64,000 bases of DNA from an uncultured Bdellovibrionales bacterium (GCA_964612055.1 CAZTBI010000001.1:228824-292823), one strand, 5' to 3'; positions 8,944 to 17,293 are shown, counted from the first letter of the stretch. The notes: generated from the sequence alone by a model not told the origin. Numbers and translations: made by a program.

Positions 8944-8991
8944 CAATCTAACTCTGTCCGCAAGACAGCTCTCAACAACTGAGGAGTCACC

Positions 8992-9605
8992 GTGAAAAAT
9001 ATCACCGCAACCGCATTGCTTTCTGATGGACAGGAAGCTCCAATCGAAACCTACAGTGTCGAACCAAATGATGCTGAGTACCTGCAGTTATTTCGACGTA
9101 TCGTGCATTTGCACAGAGACGCGGCTCTCGTGACGCATGGACTGATCGCTCTCAGCAACGAGGCAGGCAAGTACTTCGATCGAGACCCCTTCGAACAAGC
9201 CACGGGTGACTATCAAAGGTACGCCCACTCCAAGGAAGAGCATTTCATCCACTGGATCATCGTGAAAGGCAGGAAGAAACAACAAGCCCACGTTGGTGGC
9301 ATTGTCGAATGGACCCCTATCACTACCGGAGAAGCAGTCATTCTGCGTCTCTATGTTCTGAAGGCCTTTCGACGCCGCGGTGCGGCAACGGCGCTCCTCG
9401 CAGAAGCTGTTGGGCATATGACCGGCCAAGGATACCAATTCGTCACGGCACTCCCACAGAAGAATCCACGCGATGGCAAAGGATTCCTCATCAGAAGCGG
9501 TTTCTTTCAAACCATGCTGGGGTTTTCCAGAAAGGTCTCCAGGCACCAACTGAATCAACCTCCCAGCTCGAGGAACTCGAGCCGATCATTGTTGTCAACG
9601 ACTAA
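8992..9605 (+). CDS. GNAT family N-acetyltransferase, probably frameshifted or miscalled near 9480-9530
   Basis: GTG start with a GAGGAG SD. GNAT motif A LKAFRRRGAATALL. Frame 1 runs to 9873 with a low-complexity tail overlapping the next gene, while frame 0 ends cleanly at 9605 just before the next SD. Confidence 0.45.
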
Positions 9606-9626
9606 ATACTCACCAAGGAGCATGCG

Positions 9627-10151
9627 ATGCATATCCGTGTCGAATCCCCCTACGTACCGATTGATGGCGAGCTCGCCGCCTTTCGTACGCTCACTGGTCA
9701 AAAAGCCGCACAACTGCATCGACTCACCCAAGAAGCAGCCACCGTGCCAAGAACAACTCTGCACAGATTCGTTTCTGCGCGACATGGCAAGTATGTCTTT
9801 GTCGCCTTTGCCACAGAAAGCGACTTCCCGGTTGCCTTCGCCACCTGCATCGTCGTCGAAACCGGCGTCATGAGCTACGGCATCATCACCGACTTTGTCG
9901 TCTTGGCAGAATGTCGTAGAAAGGGAGTGGCTCATCAGCTGGTCTTCGACATCGTGAGAAGAATGAGTGACGCAAGCGTCCTTCTGGCTTCAGGAAACAA
10001 ACAGCTAACGCTACTCCACGTGGCGATAAGCTCACACCTCATTTCTTGTCGCAAGCTCTTCGAGGGCTGCGGGTTCACGCTCGTGCACGGCAACAATGGA
10101 AACGTCACTGAGAGCATCTACGAACTCCGCCTCACGAAGACTGAAGACTGA
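9627..10151 (+). CDS. GNAT family N-acetyltransferase
   Basis: AAGGAG SD 6 nt upstream of the ATG; motif A VVLAECRRKGVAHQL. Confidence 0.7.
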   Translation: MHIRVESPYVPIDGELAAFRTLTGQKAAQLHRLTQEAATVPRTTLHRFVSARHGKYVFVAFATESDFPVAFATCIVVETGVMSYGIITDFVVLAECRRKGVAHQLVFDIVRRMSDASVLLASGNKQLTLLHVAISSHLISCRKLFEGCGFTLVHGNNGNVTESIYELRLTKTED

Positions 10152-10178
10152 GGATTGCGGACGAAGAACAGACAGACA

Positions 10179-10209
10179 CCCGAAGCGAAACACGCGCTTC
10201 GGGTTTTTC
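10179..10209 (+). terminator. Rho-independent terminator
   Basis: CCCGAAGCG-AAACACG-CGCTTCGGG followed by TTTTT. Confidence 0.55.
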
Positions 10210-10307
10210 ATTTGTAAAATTGACAGTAAATAAAGGTTGCGCCATGATGCTATCAATCGACATCGTCGAGAGTTCCTTTGTCTTTCAACCCCTCTTGGGA
10301 GAAAGTC

Positions 10308-10628
10308 ATGCAAACAGCCCTTTGTTTCGATGCTCAAGATCTCGCGTTTGAAGCAGCAGTCAGACTCCATGCTCCCTGTCCACAACACGAGCTCCTGCGC
10401 TACTTCCTCTATCCGCAGAAATACTGGGAAGGCTTTCTGGAGCGCTTTGGCAGACCCGGAGCAACACCCGAAGAACAGGCTTCCAAAGAAGGTCTCGAGT
10501 ATGTCTATGCCAAATGGTTCTTGGCACTGCGCGAAGCCTGCATGGACCCGGAAAAGGAAATCGTGGTCACCCACGGTTCGCCGGACAGCGACTACAGGTT
10601 ACTCCGGAGCACCGAGGAGCAATCATGA
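10308..10628 (+). CDS. Hypothetical protein, high GC
   Basis: GGGAG SD. The stop overlaps the next start (ATGA). The ORF-track start at 10278 is a TTG. Confidence 0.4.
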   Translation: MQTALCFDAQDLAFEAAVRLHAPCPQHELLRYFLYPQKYWEGFLERFGRPGATPEEQASKEGLEYVYAKWFLALREACMDPEKEIVVTHGSPDSDYRLLRSTEEQS

Positions 10629-11020
10629 TCACACGAGATGATGCTGTCAGAAAAGAGACAATGGCTGATTTTCATACCATTGTCGCGCAAGCTGCAGACT
10701 GCATCGCTCAGGCTTTGAGCTCCATGGAACAGCCGCCACCTCTACAACTGACGCAGGACGAATACGAAAAGGGCGAATGGCCAATACCAGCACCCTACAG
10801 AAAGCTCATCGATCAAGTCCGGAGAGAATTTCAGAATGAGCGACTGTACGAAATTTCAAACGCTCAACTACGCCTTGCAATTCTTCAAGGGACTGAACGA
10901 GTTTCGCTTTTGTATGTTGGTGGAATGCTTGTTGTCACACCCAAGCCAGACAGATGCAGCACGCACTGGAGTCATCGTGGAAACTCTCGTCGTCGCACAT
11001 CGCTCCGCAATCAAGCCTAG
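10625..11020 (+). CDS. Hypothetical protein, high GC
   Basis: GAGGAG SD. Translationally coupled to the upstream ORF. Confidence 0.45.
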   Translation: MITRDDAVRKETMADFHTIVAQAADCIAQALSSMEQPPPLQLTQDEYEKGEWPIPAPYRKLIDQVRREFQNERLYEISNAQLRLAILQGTERVSLLYVGGMLVVTPKPDRCSTHWSHRGNSRRRTSLRNQA

Positions 11021-11131
11021 GCCAACATACCTCGGCTTTTTCATTTCTTGACTTTGTGATATATTTTCGATAGAGTTCAAGGTTCGTGAAACCGCGAACA
11101 TCTATCAACCCTTCCCCAACGGAGGTTTCTC

Positions 11132-11470
11132 ATGACAGCACAACAGTTGTTTGCCAAACAGGCGTTTGCCATGGCCTTGAGCTCGGCCTGCGGGGTCGAC
11201 ATCAAGCCCGAAGCAGTGTCCGTCTCGTTCATGTCGGACGAAGTGCTCCAATGCCTCGTCGTCCGTCCCGGAGGTGTCGCCGAAGGAACCTTCCATGGCG
11301 ACGAAGACGGTGGCATGGTTCACATCGAATCGATCGGCCAGAAGCGCTGCGCCTATACCTACTGGTTCGAGGCCTGCACGGACGGCACGGCGGTCCCGAT
11401 CGAAACGGTGCTGGCATACGCCAACTACGAAGATCGCGTGATCCAAGTCCTGGAGCTGGAAGCAGCCTGA
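11132..11470 (+). CDS. Hypothetical protein, high GC
   Basis: GGAGG SD 6 nt upstream; followed by a terminator. Confidence 0.5.
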   Translation: MTAQQLFAKQAFAMALSSACGVDIKPEAVSVSFMSDEVLQCLVVRPGGVAEGTFHGDEDGGMVHIESIGQKRCAYTYWFEACTDGTAVPIETVLAYANYEDRVIQVLELEAA

Positions 11471-11504
11471 GACCACAAGCGCCGGCACGCCCGGTACACA
11501 AAAC

Positions 11505-11543
11505 GGCAGCACCAGTCCCTGGTCTGCCGCTTTTCTTTTTTTT
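11505..11543 (+). terminator. Rho-independent terminator
   Basis: GGCAGCACCAG-TCC-CTGGTCTGCC followed by GCTTTTCTTTTTTTT. Confidence 0.5.
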
Positions 11544-11557
11544 ATATCAAATTTTCT

Positions 11558-12076
11558 CTAACGCGCCAGAGAAAGGTCGGCGGAGTTGAAAAGCACAGAG
11601 AAGTCCTCGCACCAGGTCAGCACGTAGCGATATTGTGATAGGTCGGTACCTGCCGGTACCGTATAATTTATATTTCCCTCTGTTCCCTTGATCTTCCCGA
11701 GATCAACGTATTTGGTCGCTTGGAGATCAGTCGAAAGATAGACGCGCAGGTCCGGGCCATTGATTGTCTTGTAGTTTTCATAACGGATAATCGTCTCGTC
11801 ACCGTTTTTCACTACCCGTACCGTCCCCGATGCTGGGTGAGCTGTTGTTGCAACCACAGGAACAGTTCCAGCGGCGCTCTTATTCGGGTCAGGCTCCCCT
11901 ACCGCAATCGACTGGGGTATTTCTTTCGACTGACCATCCTGACGTGCAGGTTCGGGCAAAACATCATTGACGACTTTGTTCCGAAGCAACGGAGAAAGCG
12001 CGTACCATGCGATAGCGAGCGCTACAGTAGCTACAAGCGCGAACAAGATATGCTTCTTTTGTATGCCAGCGCTCAT
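11558..12076 (-). CDS. DM13 domain protein, membrane anchored
   Basis: C-terminal LRVYLSTD...LGKIKGTEGNINYTVPAGTDLSQYRYVLTWCEDFSVLFNSA resembles the DM13 domain. The start was set at MSAGIQKK, just before the TM helix. Confidence 0.55.
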   Translation of the reverse strand: MSAGIQKKHILFALVATVALAIAWYALSPLLRNKVVNDVLPEPARQDGQSKEIPQSIAVGEPDPNKSAAGTVPVVATTAHPASGTVRVVKNGDETIIRYENYKTINGPDLRVYLSTDLQATKYVDLGKIKGTEGNINYTVPAGTDLSQYRYVLTWCEDFSVLFNSADLSLAR

Positions 12077-12123
12077 AGAGTTGCAACCAATGTTTATGCG
12101 TGTAGTATAGCAGATTGACAGGA

Positions 12124-12372
12124 ATGAGCTTTTACGGCACCATGGGGAAGCGTATTTCTCACCCCCCCAACTGGTCAAGGAGACGAGAAGTGTCGAAAAC
12201 TGGACAACAAAGCCAAGGTGGTTCGGGCAAGCCGAACTTCAAACCCTACAGGAAGGGTTCCAGCAAAAAGGGTGCGGCTCGCCGGAAAGAGCGTGCGGGC
12301 AAGCAGTGGGCTGCTGGCGAAAAGAAAAAGGACAAGCTGCGCGAAGAGCGCCAGAAGTCCGACAGGTGGTAA
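12124..12372 (+). CDS. Possible small highly basic protein
   Basis: ORF in high-GC DNA followed by a terminator-like hairpin, with a weak SD. It may be spurious. Confidence 0.2.
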   Translation: MSFYGTMGKRISHPPNWSRRREVSKTGQQSQGGSGKPNFKPYRKGSSKKGAARRKERAGKQWAAGEKKKDKLREERQKSDRW

Positions 12373-12439
12373 TCCGCCTTCAATCGAAACAATCGGCAGA
12401 CAACGAAGTCCCGGTAGCAACGCTCCCGGGCTTTTTCAT

Positions 12440-12690
12440 TGACACAAAAGTCTGAGGGAGTTACCTTATGAGCAACAGAGTATGAAGAAGCATAGGAGTG
12501 TCTAATCTTCCATTAGCTGGGCACTTCAGCACAGATGGTCTAGAGCAAATGCTTCTCGGTGGGTAGGATTCCATAGGGAAAAGTCCCCCCTTATGACATG
12601 TTACCTTCTCGCAAGGCTTACGAGCAGCAACCTGAGATGGCGCGACTCTGTTGGTCCGACCACTGGTCTGGGGCATAAATAAAGAAGGCG
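12440..12690 (+). ncRNA. Candidate non-coding RNA in a roughly 250-nt gap flanked by terminator hairpins
   Basis: No convincing ORF or SD. TTGACA at 12439-12444. It ends at the strong bidirectional terminator at 12687-12727. Confidence 0.2.
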
Positions 12691-12727
12691 TCGGAGCAAC
12701 CGCTCTCGACGCCTATTTCTTTTTTTC
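12683..12727. terminator. Bidirectional Rho-independent terminator
   Basis: GGCGTCGGAGCAACCGCTCTCGACGCC with an A-run upstream and a T-run downstream. Confidence 0.6.
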
Positions 12728-13111
12728 TTCCTTCTTTTTGATCGCTCTCCATTGTTTCTGGTAAAAGCGACAACGCTTTGCCAACCATTGGATGGCCTGG
12801 TGATAGCTCATCTCCTGGTGCTCTTCGAGAAACTTAATCACCCCGCCGTGCCGACCACAACCAAAACAATGATAGGTTTGCATGGTTGAACTCAAAAGAA
12901 ACGAAGGCGTTTGCTCCTCATGAAATGGGCAAAGAGCTCTGTACCTCCTTTGCCCATTACGATCTCGCCTCAGTTTCATGAAGCACCTGATCACTGCAAC
13001 GATATCAGCTCTACAACAGAGCCGATCGACGTACTCTTTCGAATAATACATCGTAAGCTCCTGGTTGAAAGAACAATATTCCTTTGTATCATCGAGCCAA
13101 GAGAAAGTCAA
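12713..13111 (-). CDS. Stand-alone DnaG-type CHC2 zinc-finger protein
   Basis: CPFHEEQTPSFLLSSTMQTYHCFGCGRHGGVIKFL matches the primase zinc-binding domain. No TOPRIM or polymerase domain follows. Confidence 0.6.
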   Translation of the reverse strand: MTFSWLDDTKEYCSFNQELTMYYSKEYVDRLCCRADIVAVIRCFMKLRRDRNGQRRYRALCPFHEEQTPSFLLSSTMQTYHCFGCGRHGGVIKFLEEHQEMSYHQAIQWLAKRCRFYQKQWRAIKKKEEKKK

Positions 13112-13464
13112 TTCTTAAAGAAATAAAAAACCCGCACCTTTCTTTCGAAAGATCCGGGTATCTGAGGAACCGAAGAGGGGCTAGGAAAAGCGGAACCTCT
13201 GCGGTATGCGAAAGAGCGGTCGACCGGACACGTAGCGACATTCCAGTCGCCCATATTCAGTCAGCCTCCTCAGGCGAAACAGCAACTGTGCGCAGACGCA
13301 GCCAATTTCTCGCGGGGCCACCCAGCACCTCTGGTTCCTATCCCCAGGTTTGGGTCGCATACCTTTCCGCAAGCCGTACTGGTGTTGGCACCACCCTGCT
13401 TTTTCCACGGCAATGAGGATGTATTTGTCATCCGCTCCAACCTTCACAAGCATGGCAACCTCCT

Positions 13465-13761
13465 TCAGATTGAGTACTTCGACCAAACAAGGATGATGTA
13501 CTTCTGGTAAGAAGCGAAGTCTTGCCCTTTGGCAGCGCCCTCCGCGTCTATTTTCCAAATGGACTCTTCCTTCCCAGGACCATTCCCTTTGACGATGTAG
13601 TGCTCGCCAGACTTCCAAAGAGCGAAACAGGTGTCTTGCTTTCTGTCTGGGCAGTCCACAGGGGCTATGATCCTCGCCCCACGGAGGTCAGGCTTTTCCT
13701 GAGCCAAGACTCCAGTGTGGCACAGAAGGGCCAACGTAAAGATAACGAGGTAGCGTGACAT
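13465..13761 (-). CDS. Small secreted hypothetical protein
   Basis: AAGGAG SD 9 nt upstream of ATG (MSRYLVIFTLALLCHTGVLAQE signal peptide). Confidence 0.5.
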   Translation of the reverse strand: MSRYLVIFTLALLCHTGVLAQEKPDLRGARIIAPVDCPDRKQDTCFALWKSGEHYIVKGNGPGKEESIWKIDAEGAAKGQDFASYQKYIILVWSKYSI

Positions 13762-13845
13762 GATTGGGACTCCTTTCACCATGCCAAAAGAACTCTTTCT
13801 GCTACCCGCTTTGTAGCACCAGGCCGAAGTGAAGTCAATCTATCC

Positions 13846-14133
13846 CTAAGCTTCGAAGCCGATTTTGGATGTCGGAGCCTCCGATGGGGCGACATTACCG
13901 AATTGTGATTCGTATTTAGCCAGGTTATCGGTCATGGCCATGACTATACGTTTGAAATGACTAGGACTGACAATCACTCGGGCATTGAGTGTTCCTGTTG
14001 GAGGAAAAACATTCAAGAAGTCCAAAACGAATTCTTCTTTCGTGTGCAAAATATTGGCCATATTTGAATAGTGACCTCGCAGAATCTCGTCACTGGCCTT
14101 AATCTGAATTTGTGGTGCTTGTGGTTGTTCCAT
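13846..14133 (-). CDS. DUF3467 family protein
   Basis: MEQPQAPQIQIKASDEILRGHYSNMANILHTKEEFVLDF...FKRIVMAMTDNLAKYESQFG matches what I recall of DUF3467. Confidence 0.55.
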   Translation of the reverse strand: MEQPQAPQIQIKASDEILRGHYSNMANILHTKEEFVLDFLNVFPPTGTLNARVIVSPSHFKRIVMAMTDNLAKYESQFGNVAPSEAPTSKIGFEA

Positions 14134-14201
14134 AATGTTGTAATTATTTATTTACCTGCATGACCCTCCAGAGGCGGGCAGGCATTCGCACCCCTTTTTT
14201 T

Positions 14202-14288
14202 TCAACTTCTCATCCAGAGTTTATCCGCCGAAGCCAGGCGTAGGAGGACTTTGATTTGAACTTGGTTTGGTTGTTGTTGTTCGGTCAT
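14202..14288 (-). pseudogene. Truncated N-terminal copy of a DUF3467 gene (MTEQQQPNQVQIK...) plus a shared GGATGAGAA tail; copy A
   Basis: 28-codon mini-ORF starting 14 nt after the upstream gene. Its first 13 codons parallel the DUF3467 N-terminus. Confidence 0.45.
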
Positions 14289-14302
14289 AAGTTTTATTTA
14301 TT

Positions 14303-15130
14303 TTAAATTATTTGTGATAACTTCAGACTCTCCTGTATCCCAAGCGGTTTGATATGGGTGAGCTTTTGCATGAGAGTGTTATCGAGAGATGTATCCACAA
14401 GCATACCGTCTGGTTGTGGTGAAGGCATTGGCACACCATGGAGCCCAGCTGTGGGTACTCCCAGTGTCTCCATTCCCTCTCGGGTAAATTCATACACATT
14501 CATTCTCTCGCCAGAAATATGAATGAGACCAGTATAGTCCGAAAGAGTCAGTATCGTGATGATTTCGGCAGCTTGGTGATAACTGAGAGGAGATTTGTAC
14601 ATGTCAGTGAAACGAGACACTTCCTTCCCTTGGTTCAGATCCTTACGAACTACTTCCAGTCGATCGTCGAGTACACCACTAACGAATCCATACATATAGC
14701 TCGGTCGGATGATGCAATGATTTTCCGTATTCTTTCGAACGAGGTTCTCACAAAGTTCCAGATTCCTACCGTAGAGCGTTACAGGCTGAGGTTGATCGGA
14801 TTCTGTATACATACCTTTCTTGCCATCAAAGATACCATCACTTGATATGTACACTATTCTCGAATTCTTAAAGAACTGGAGAAAGCGCTTCATGGCTTGT
14901 TCGAGAGCGGCGCTATCCTCTGTAAATTCTATCTTGGCTGGGATGATCACTGCGTCAATCTCTTTGCCAGCAAAAACTTTCTCCGGATCATCATTGAAGA
15001 AATCATACTGGCGAGAGGTCTTAAATTTCTGATGCATATTATGCGTCATGACAACATCAGCACCACGTTCTTTGAGTACGCGACATAATTCTTCTCCAAG
15101 AAACCCTGTCCCTATAACCGCTACTCGCAT
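14303..15130 (-). CDS. NAD(P)-dependent sugar epimerase/reductase (RmlD-like)
   Basis: MRVAVIGTGFLGEEL Rossmann motif. Confidence 0.65.
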   Translation of the reverse strand: MRVAVIGTGFLGEELCRVLKERGADVVMTHNMHQKFKTSRQYDFFNDDPEKVFAGKEIDAVIIPAKIEFTEDSAALEQAMKRFLQFFKNSRIVYISSDGIFDGKKGMYTESDQPQPVTLYGRNLELCENLVRKNTENHCIIRPSYMYGFVSGVLDDRLEVVRKDLNQGKEVSRFTDMYKSPLSYHQAAEIITILTLSDYTGLIHISGERMNVYEFTREGMETLGVPTAGLHGVPMPSPQPDGMLVDTSLDNTLMQKLTHIKPLGIQESLKLSQII

Positions 15131-15147
15131 AGTCTTTAATTTTATCC

Positions 15148-15846
15148 TTAGAATTTTCGATGGGAAAATTGGACGATATAGGCAAGCTGAGTTTCCATAT
15201 ATTCTGGTTTATCTCGACGGTAGGAAAAGTATTTTTCCTTGAGACAGTAGGAACACTCACCGGAGTCTATTATTTTTTCAGGCAGTATACCGAGACTTTC
15301 GGCCTGCTGACGCATAATCCCCTTCAAATCAACATGAATACCATTGTCACGAGAGATATATTCTGGATACTGAGCAAATGATGAAAGGACGTCTTCTTGT
15401 ATTTCAAAATGTTTCGCACAAATACCAGGACCAAAAGTAAGAATTATTTCAGATCTTTTCCCACCAGCTTTTTCAATCGCAGAAAGAGTCTCGGCAATAA
15501 CTCCAGCGACAATACCGCGCCATCCACAGTGCGCCAAGCCGATGATGCCAGAGTGTTTTTCTTCAAAGTAAACCGGGAAACAATCAGCTCCGGTGAGCGT
15601 GAGAATAATATCTGAGTCTTTGGTAACGAGAGCATCTGTTTCGGGGGTGATATATGGAGAATGTCGATTGATCATTGCCACCCGTGTACCATGTACCAGG
15701 TTCGCAACAACAATTTGCTTTCCGCCAAGTCTGAGTGCTTCGAAAAACTCTTTACGATGAGCAATATTCTCTGCGCGCGGATTGGTAAGCGGCAAATACA
15801 TCGAGCCATCCTTCTTTTCCGAAAATCCTTTCAAAACTTTGTTCAT
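15148..15846 (-). CDS. pgeF: Laccase-domain protein YfiH/PgeF
   Basis: GADCFPV and HCGWRG motifs. Confidence 0.8.
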   Translation of the reverse strand: MNKVLKGFSEKKDGSMYLPLTNPRAENIAHRKEFFEALRLGGKQIVVANLVHGTRVAMINRHSPYITPETDALVTKDSDIILTLTGADCFPVYFEEKHSGIIGLAHCGWRGIVAGVIAETLSAIEKAGGKRSEIILTFGPGICAKHFEIQEDVLSSFAQYPEYISRDNGIHVDLKGIMRQQAESLGILPEKIIDSGECSYCLKEKYFSYRRDKPEYMETQLAYIVQFSHRKF

Positions 15847-15864
15847 AAGATTATTATAGCACTC

Positions 15865-15918
15865 TTGACTTTCTTATGAAAAAGTGCTATAAAATGAGGT
15901 TGGCAAATTCCTTGCCAA
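15865..15918 (+). promoter_or_regulatory. sigma70 promoter (TTGACT-17-TATAAA) followed immediately by the inverted repeat TTGGCAA-ATTCC-TTGCCAA, a candidate operator
   Basis: Read directly upstream of the high-GC ClpP-like gene. Confidence 0.45.
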
Positions 15919-15963
15919 TCCGATTAAATAATCGGCCAGAAGATCTTTTACAGGAGAGACAGC

Positions 15964-16536
15964 GTGAATTTCAACCACTTCTTCCCGCTCTACACCAGCC
16001 ACATGACCGGCGATGACGCCGTGACCGCTACCCAAAGCATCCAGAACGGGGAAGCGTGCGGAGTGGTGATCAACTCGCCCGGTGGCACCATGAACAGCTT
16101 CATGGACGAAGCCGTGGCCCTCATCGATCAGCGGTTCACGGCTCTGGGACTCACCATTGGCTCGCTGGCTGTCGACTACTACCTCTGCGCCAGTACCCGG
16201 ATCGCACTCCCCAGCTCCACCTTCTTCGTCCACCACCCGCAGTTCGGGCCAGAAGAAGAAGCAGGCCAGACGCTGGAACAGCTGTTCTGGAAGTACGAAG
16301 TGAGCCGGGCGCTCATCGAAACTGGCCAGGCATCGGAACGGGCACGCAAAAGCCACAACGAGCTCATCCGCGTGATCCTCGGTACCGCCGACTGCCAGTA
16401 TTTCGGCGTACGATGGGTCGCCAAGCGGACCGGTCTCGAGCCGGGCATCGTCGACCAACTCATGCGCGACGAAGTCATGCTCACCGCGAGCGAAGCGCTC
16501 CAACTGGGGTTCGTGCATCACATCATCGACACCTAG
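15964..16536 (+). CDS. ClpP-like (S14/crotonase-fold) protease homolog, high GC, probably horizontally acquired
   Basis: GTG start with an AGGAGA SD. VVINSPGG, FVHHPQ and LTASEALQLGFVHHIID resemble ClpP-family cores. The gene is about 62% GC. The antisense ORF 15874-16608 was judged spurious. Confidence 0.5.
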   Translation: MNFNHFFPLYTSHMTGDDAVTATQSIQNGEACGVVINSPGGTMNSFMDEAVALIDQRFTALGLTIGSLAVDYYLCASTRIALPSSTFFVHHPQFGPEEEAGQTLEQLFWKYEVSRALIETGQASERARKSHNELIRVILGTADCQYFGVRWVAKRTGLEPGIVDQLMRDEVMLTASEALQLGFVHHIIDT

Positions 16537-16554
16537 GTCAAACGACCAAGGCAT

Positions 16555-16600
16555 CAAAAAAGCGCTGACAGAGAAATCTGCCAGCGCTTCTTCATTTTTA
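16555..16600. terminator. Bidirectional terminator
   Basis: AGCGCTGACAGAGAAATCTGCCAGCGCT with flanking A and T runs. Confidence 0.5.
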
Positions 16601-16652
16601 TTTCTCATCCGTCGCTTTGATTTGAATCTGATTTGGTTGTTGTTCGGACATA
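16599..16652 (-). pseudogene. Truncated N-terminal DUF3467 copy B (MSEQQPNQIQIKATDEK-stop)
   Basis: 17-codon mini-ORF starting 5 nt after the upstream gene stop. It is homologous to DUF3467 codons 1-16 and to copy A. Confidence 0.45.
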
Positions 16653-16656
16653 ATTA

Positions 16657-17238
16657 TTACTTTAGAAAAGGATATTTCTCCTGAAAGAAAGTTTTGAGAC
16701 TAACAAAATTATCTTCTCTTACATGACCCCATCCTTGAAGATCTTGCTTTCTACTTTGTGCAATGAATATATCAATTACAGAAAAGAAATCTTTTATTTG
16801 AGATGCATAACTCTTAATTATTTTCCCTAGCTCTTCTTCATCGATAAAGTTGTGCTCTTTATTTTTTTTGAGAACATACATAAGCTCCTGAAGAAGCATA
16901 AAAAAGTCGGTTGCTTCTTCTCTCACCATTTCTTCAGCTCCACCTCCCGTGTACTGAATGCCACCTTTTGTTATCTTAAAATCGTTTAATGGAATACGTT
17001 TGACTAGAATGCTCTGAAGATACTCATAAAAATGAAGGAAGAAAAATTTTTCGTAGTACTCTTGAAACTTTCTGCCATAGTAAAAGGTTTGTGTTACCTT
17101 TTTCTGAAAATCTCTAACACTTTTTTGGTTTTTCTGATGTAAGTATGCAGCAGCTGCAACTGCTATCCCTAAACCAGATAATAAATCACCCATGTTTCCT
17201 GCTTCTTGACTAGTGACGAGTTTAATCAAATCTTCCAT
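16657..17238 (-). CDS. Hypothetical protein, AT-rich
   Basis: 193-aa ORF with no recognisable motifs. Confidence 0.4.
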   Translation of the reverse strand: MEDLIKLVTSQEAGNMGDLLSGLGIAVAAAAYLHQKNQKSVRDFQKKVTQTFYYGRKFQEYYEKFFFLHFYEYLQSILVKRIPLNDFKITKGGIQYTGGGAEEMVREEATDFFMLLQELMYVLKKNKEHNFIDEEELGKIIKSYASQIKDFFSVIDIFIAQSRKQDLQGWGHVREDNFVSLKTFFQEKYPFLK

Positions 17239-17263
17239 AAACAGTTAGTTTTTCAATTATTAG

Positions 17264-17293
17264 CCAAAAGCGGGGCGAAATGCCCCGCTTTTA
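17264..17293. terminator. Terminator downstream of dnaK
   Basis: AAAA-GCGGGGCGAAATGCCCCGC-TTTT. Confidence 0.6.

Noticed and set aside
9088-9935. Minus-strand ORFs of 156 and 126 aa
   Set aside because: Antisense to the GNAT genes, which carry the family motifs.
13181-13618. 145-aa minus ORF and the 110-aa plus ORF at 13084-13416
   Set aside because: Arg-rich, junk-like translations in GC-rich non-coding DNA. No SD. They overlap the better-supported secreted-protein gene.
15874-16608. 244-aa minus-strand ORF
   Set aside because: Antisense to the ClpP-like gene in high-GC DNA, where long spurious ORFs are expected. No motifs. The plus-strand gene has promoter, SD and family signatures.
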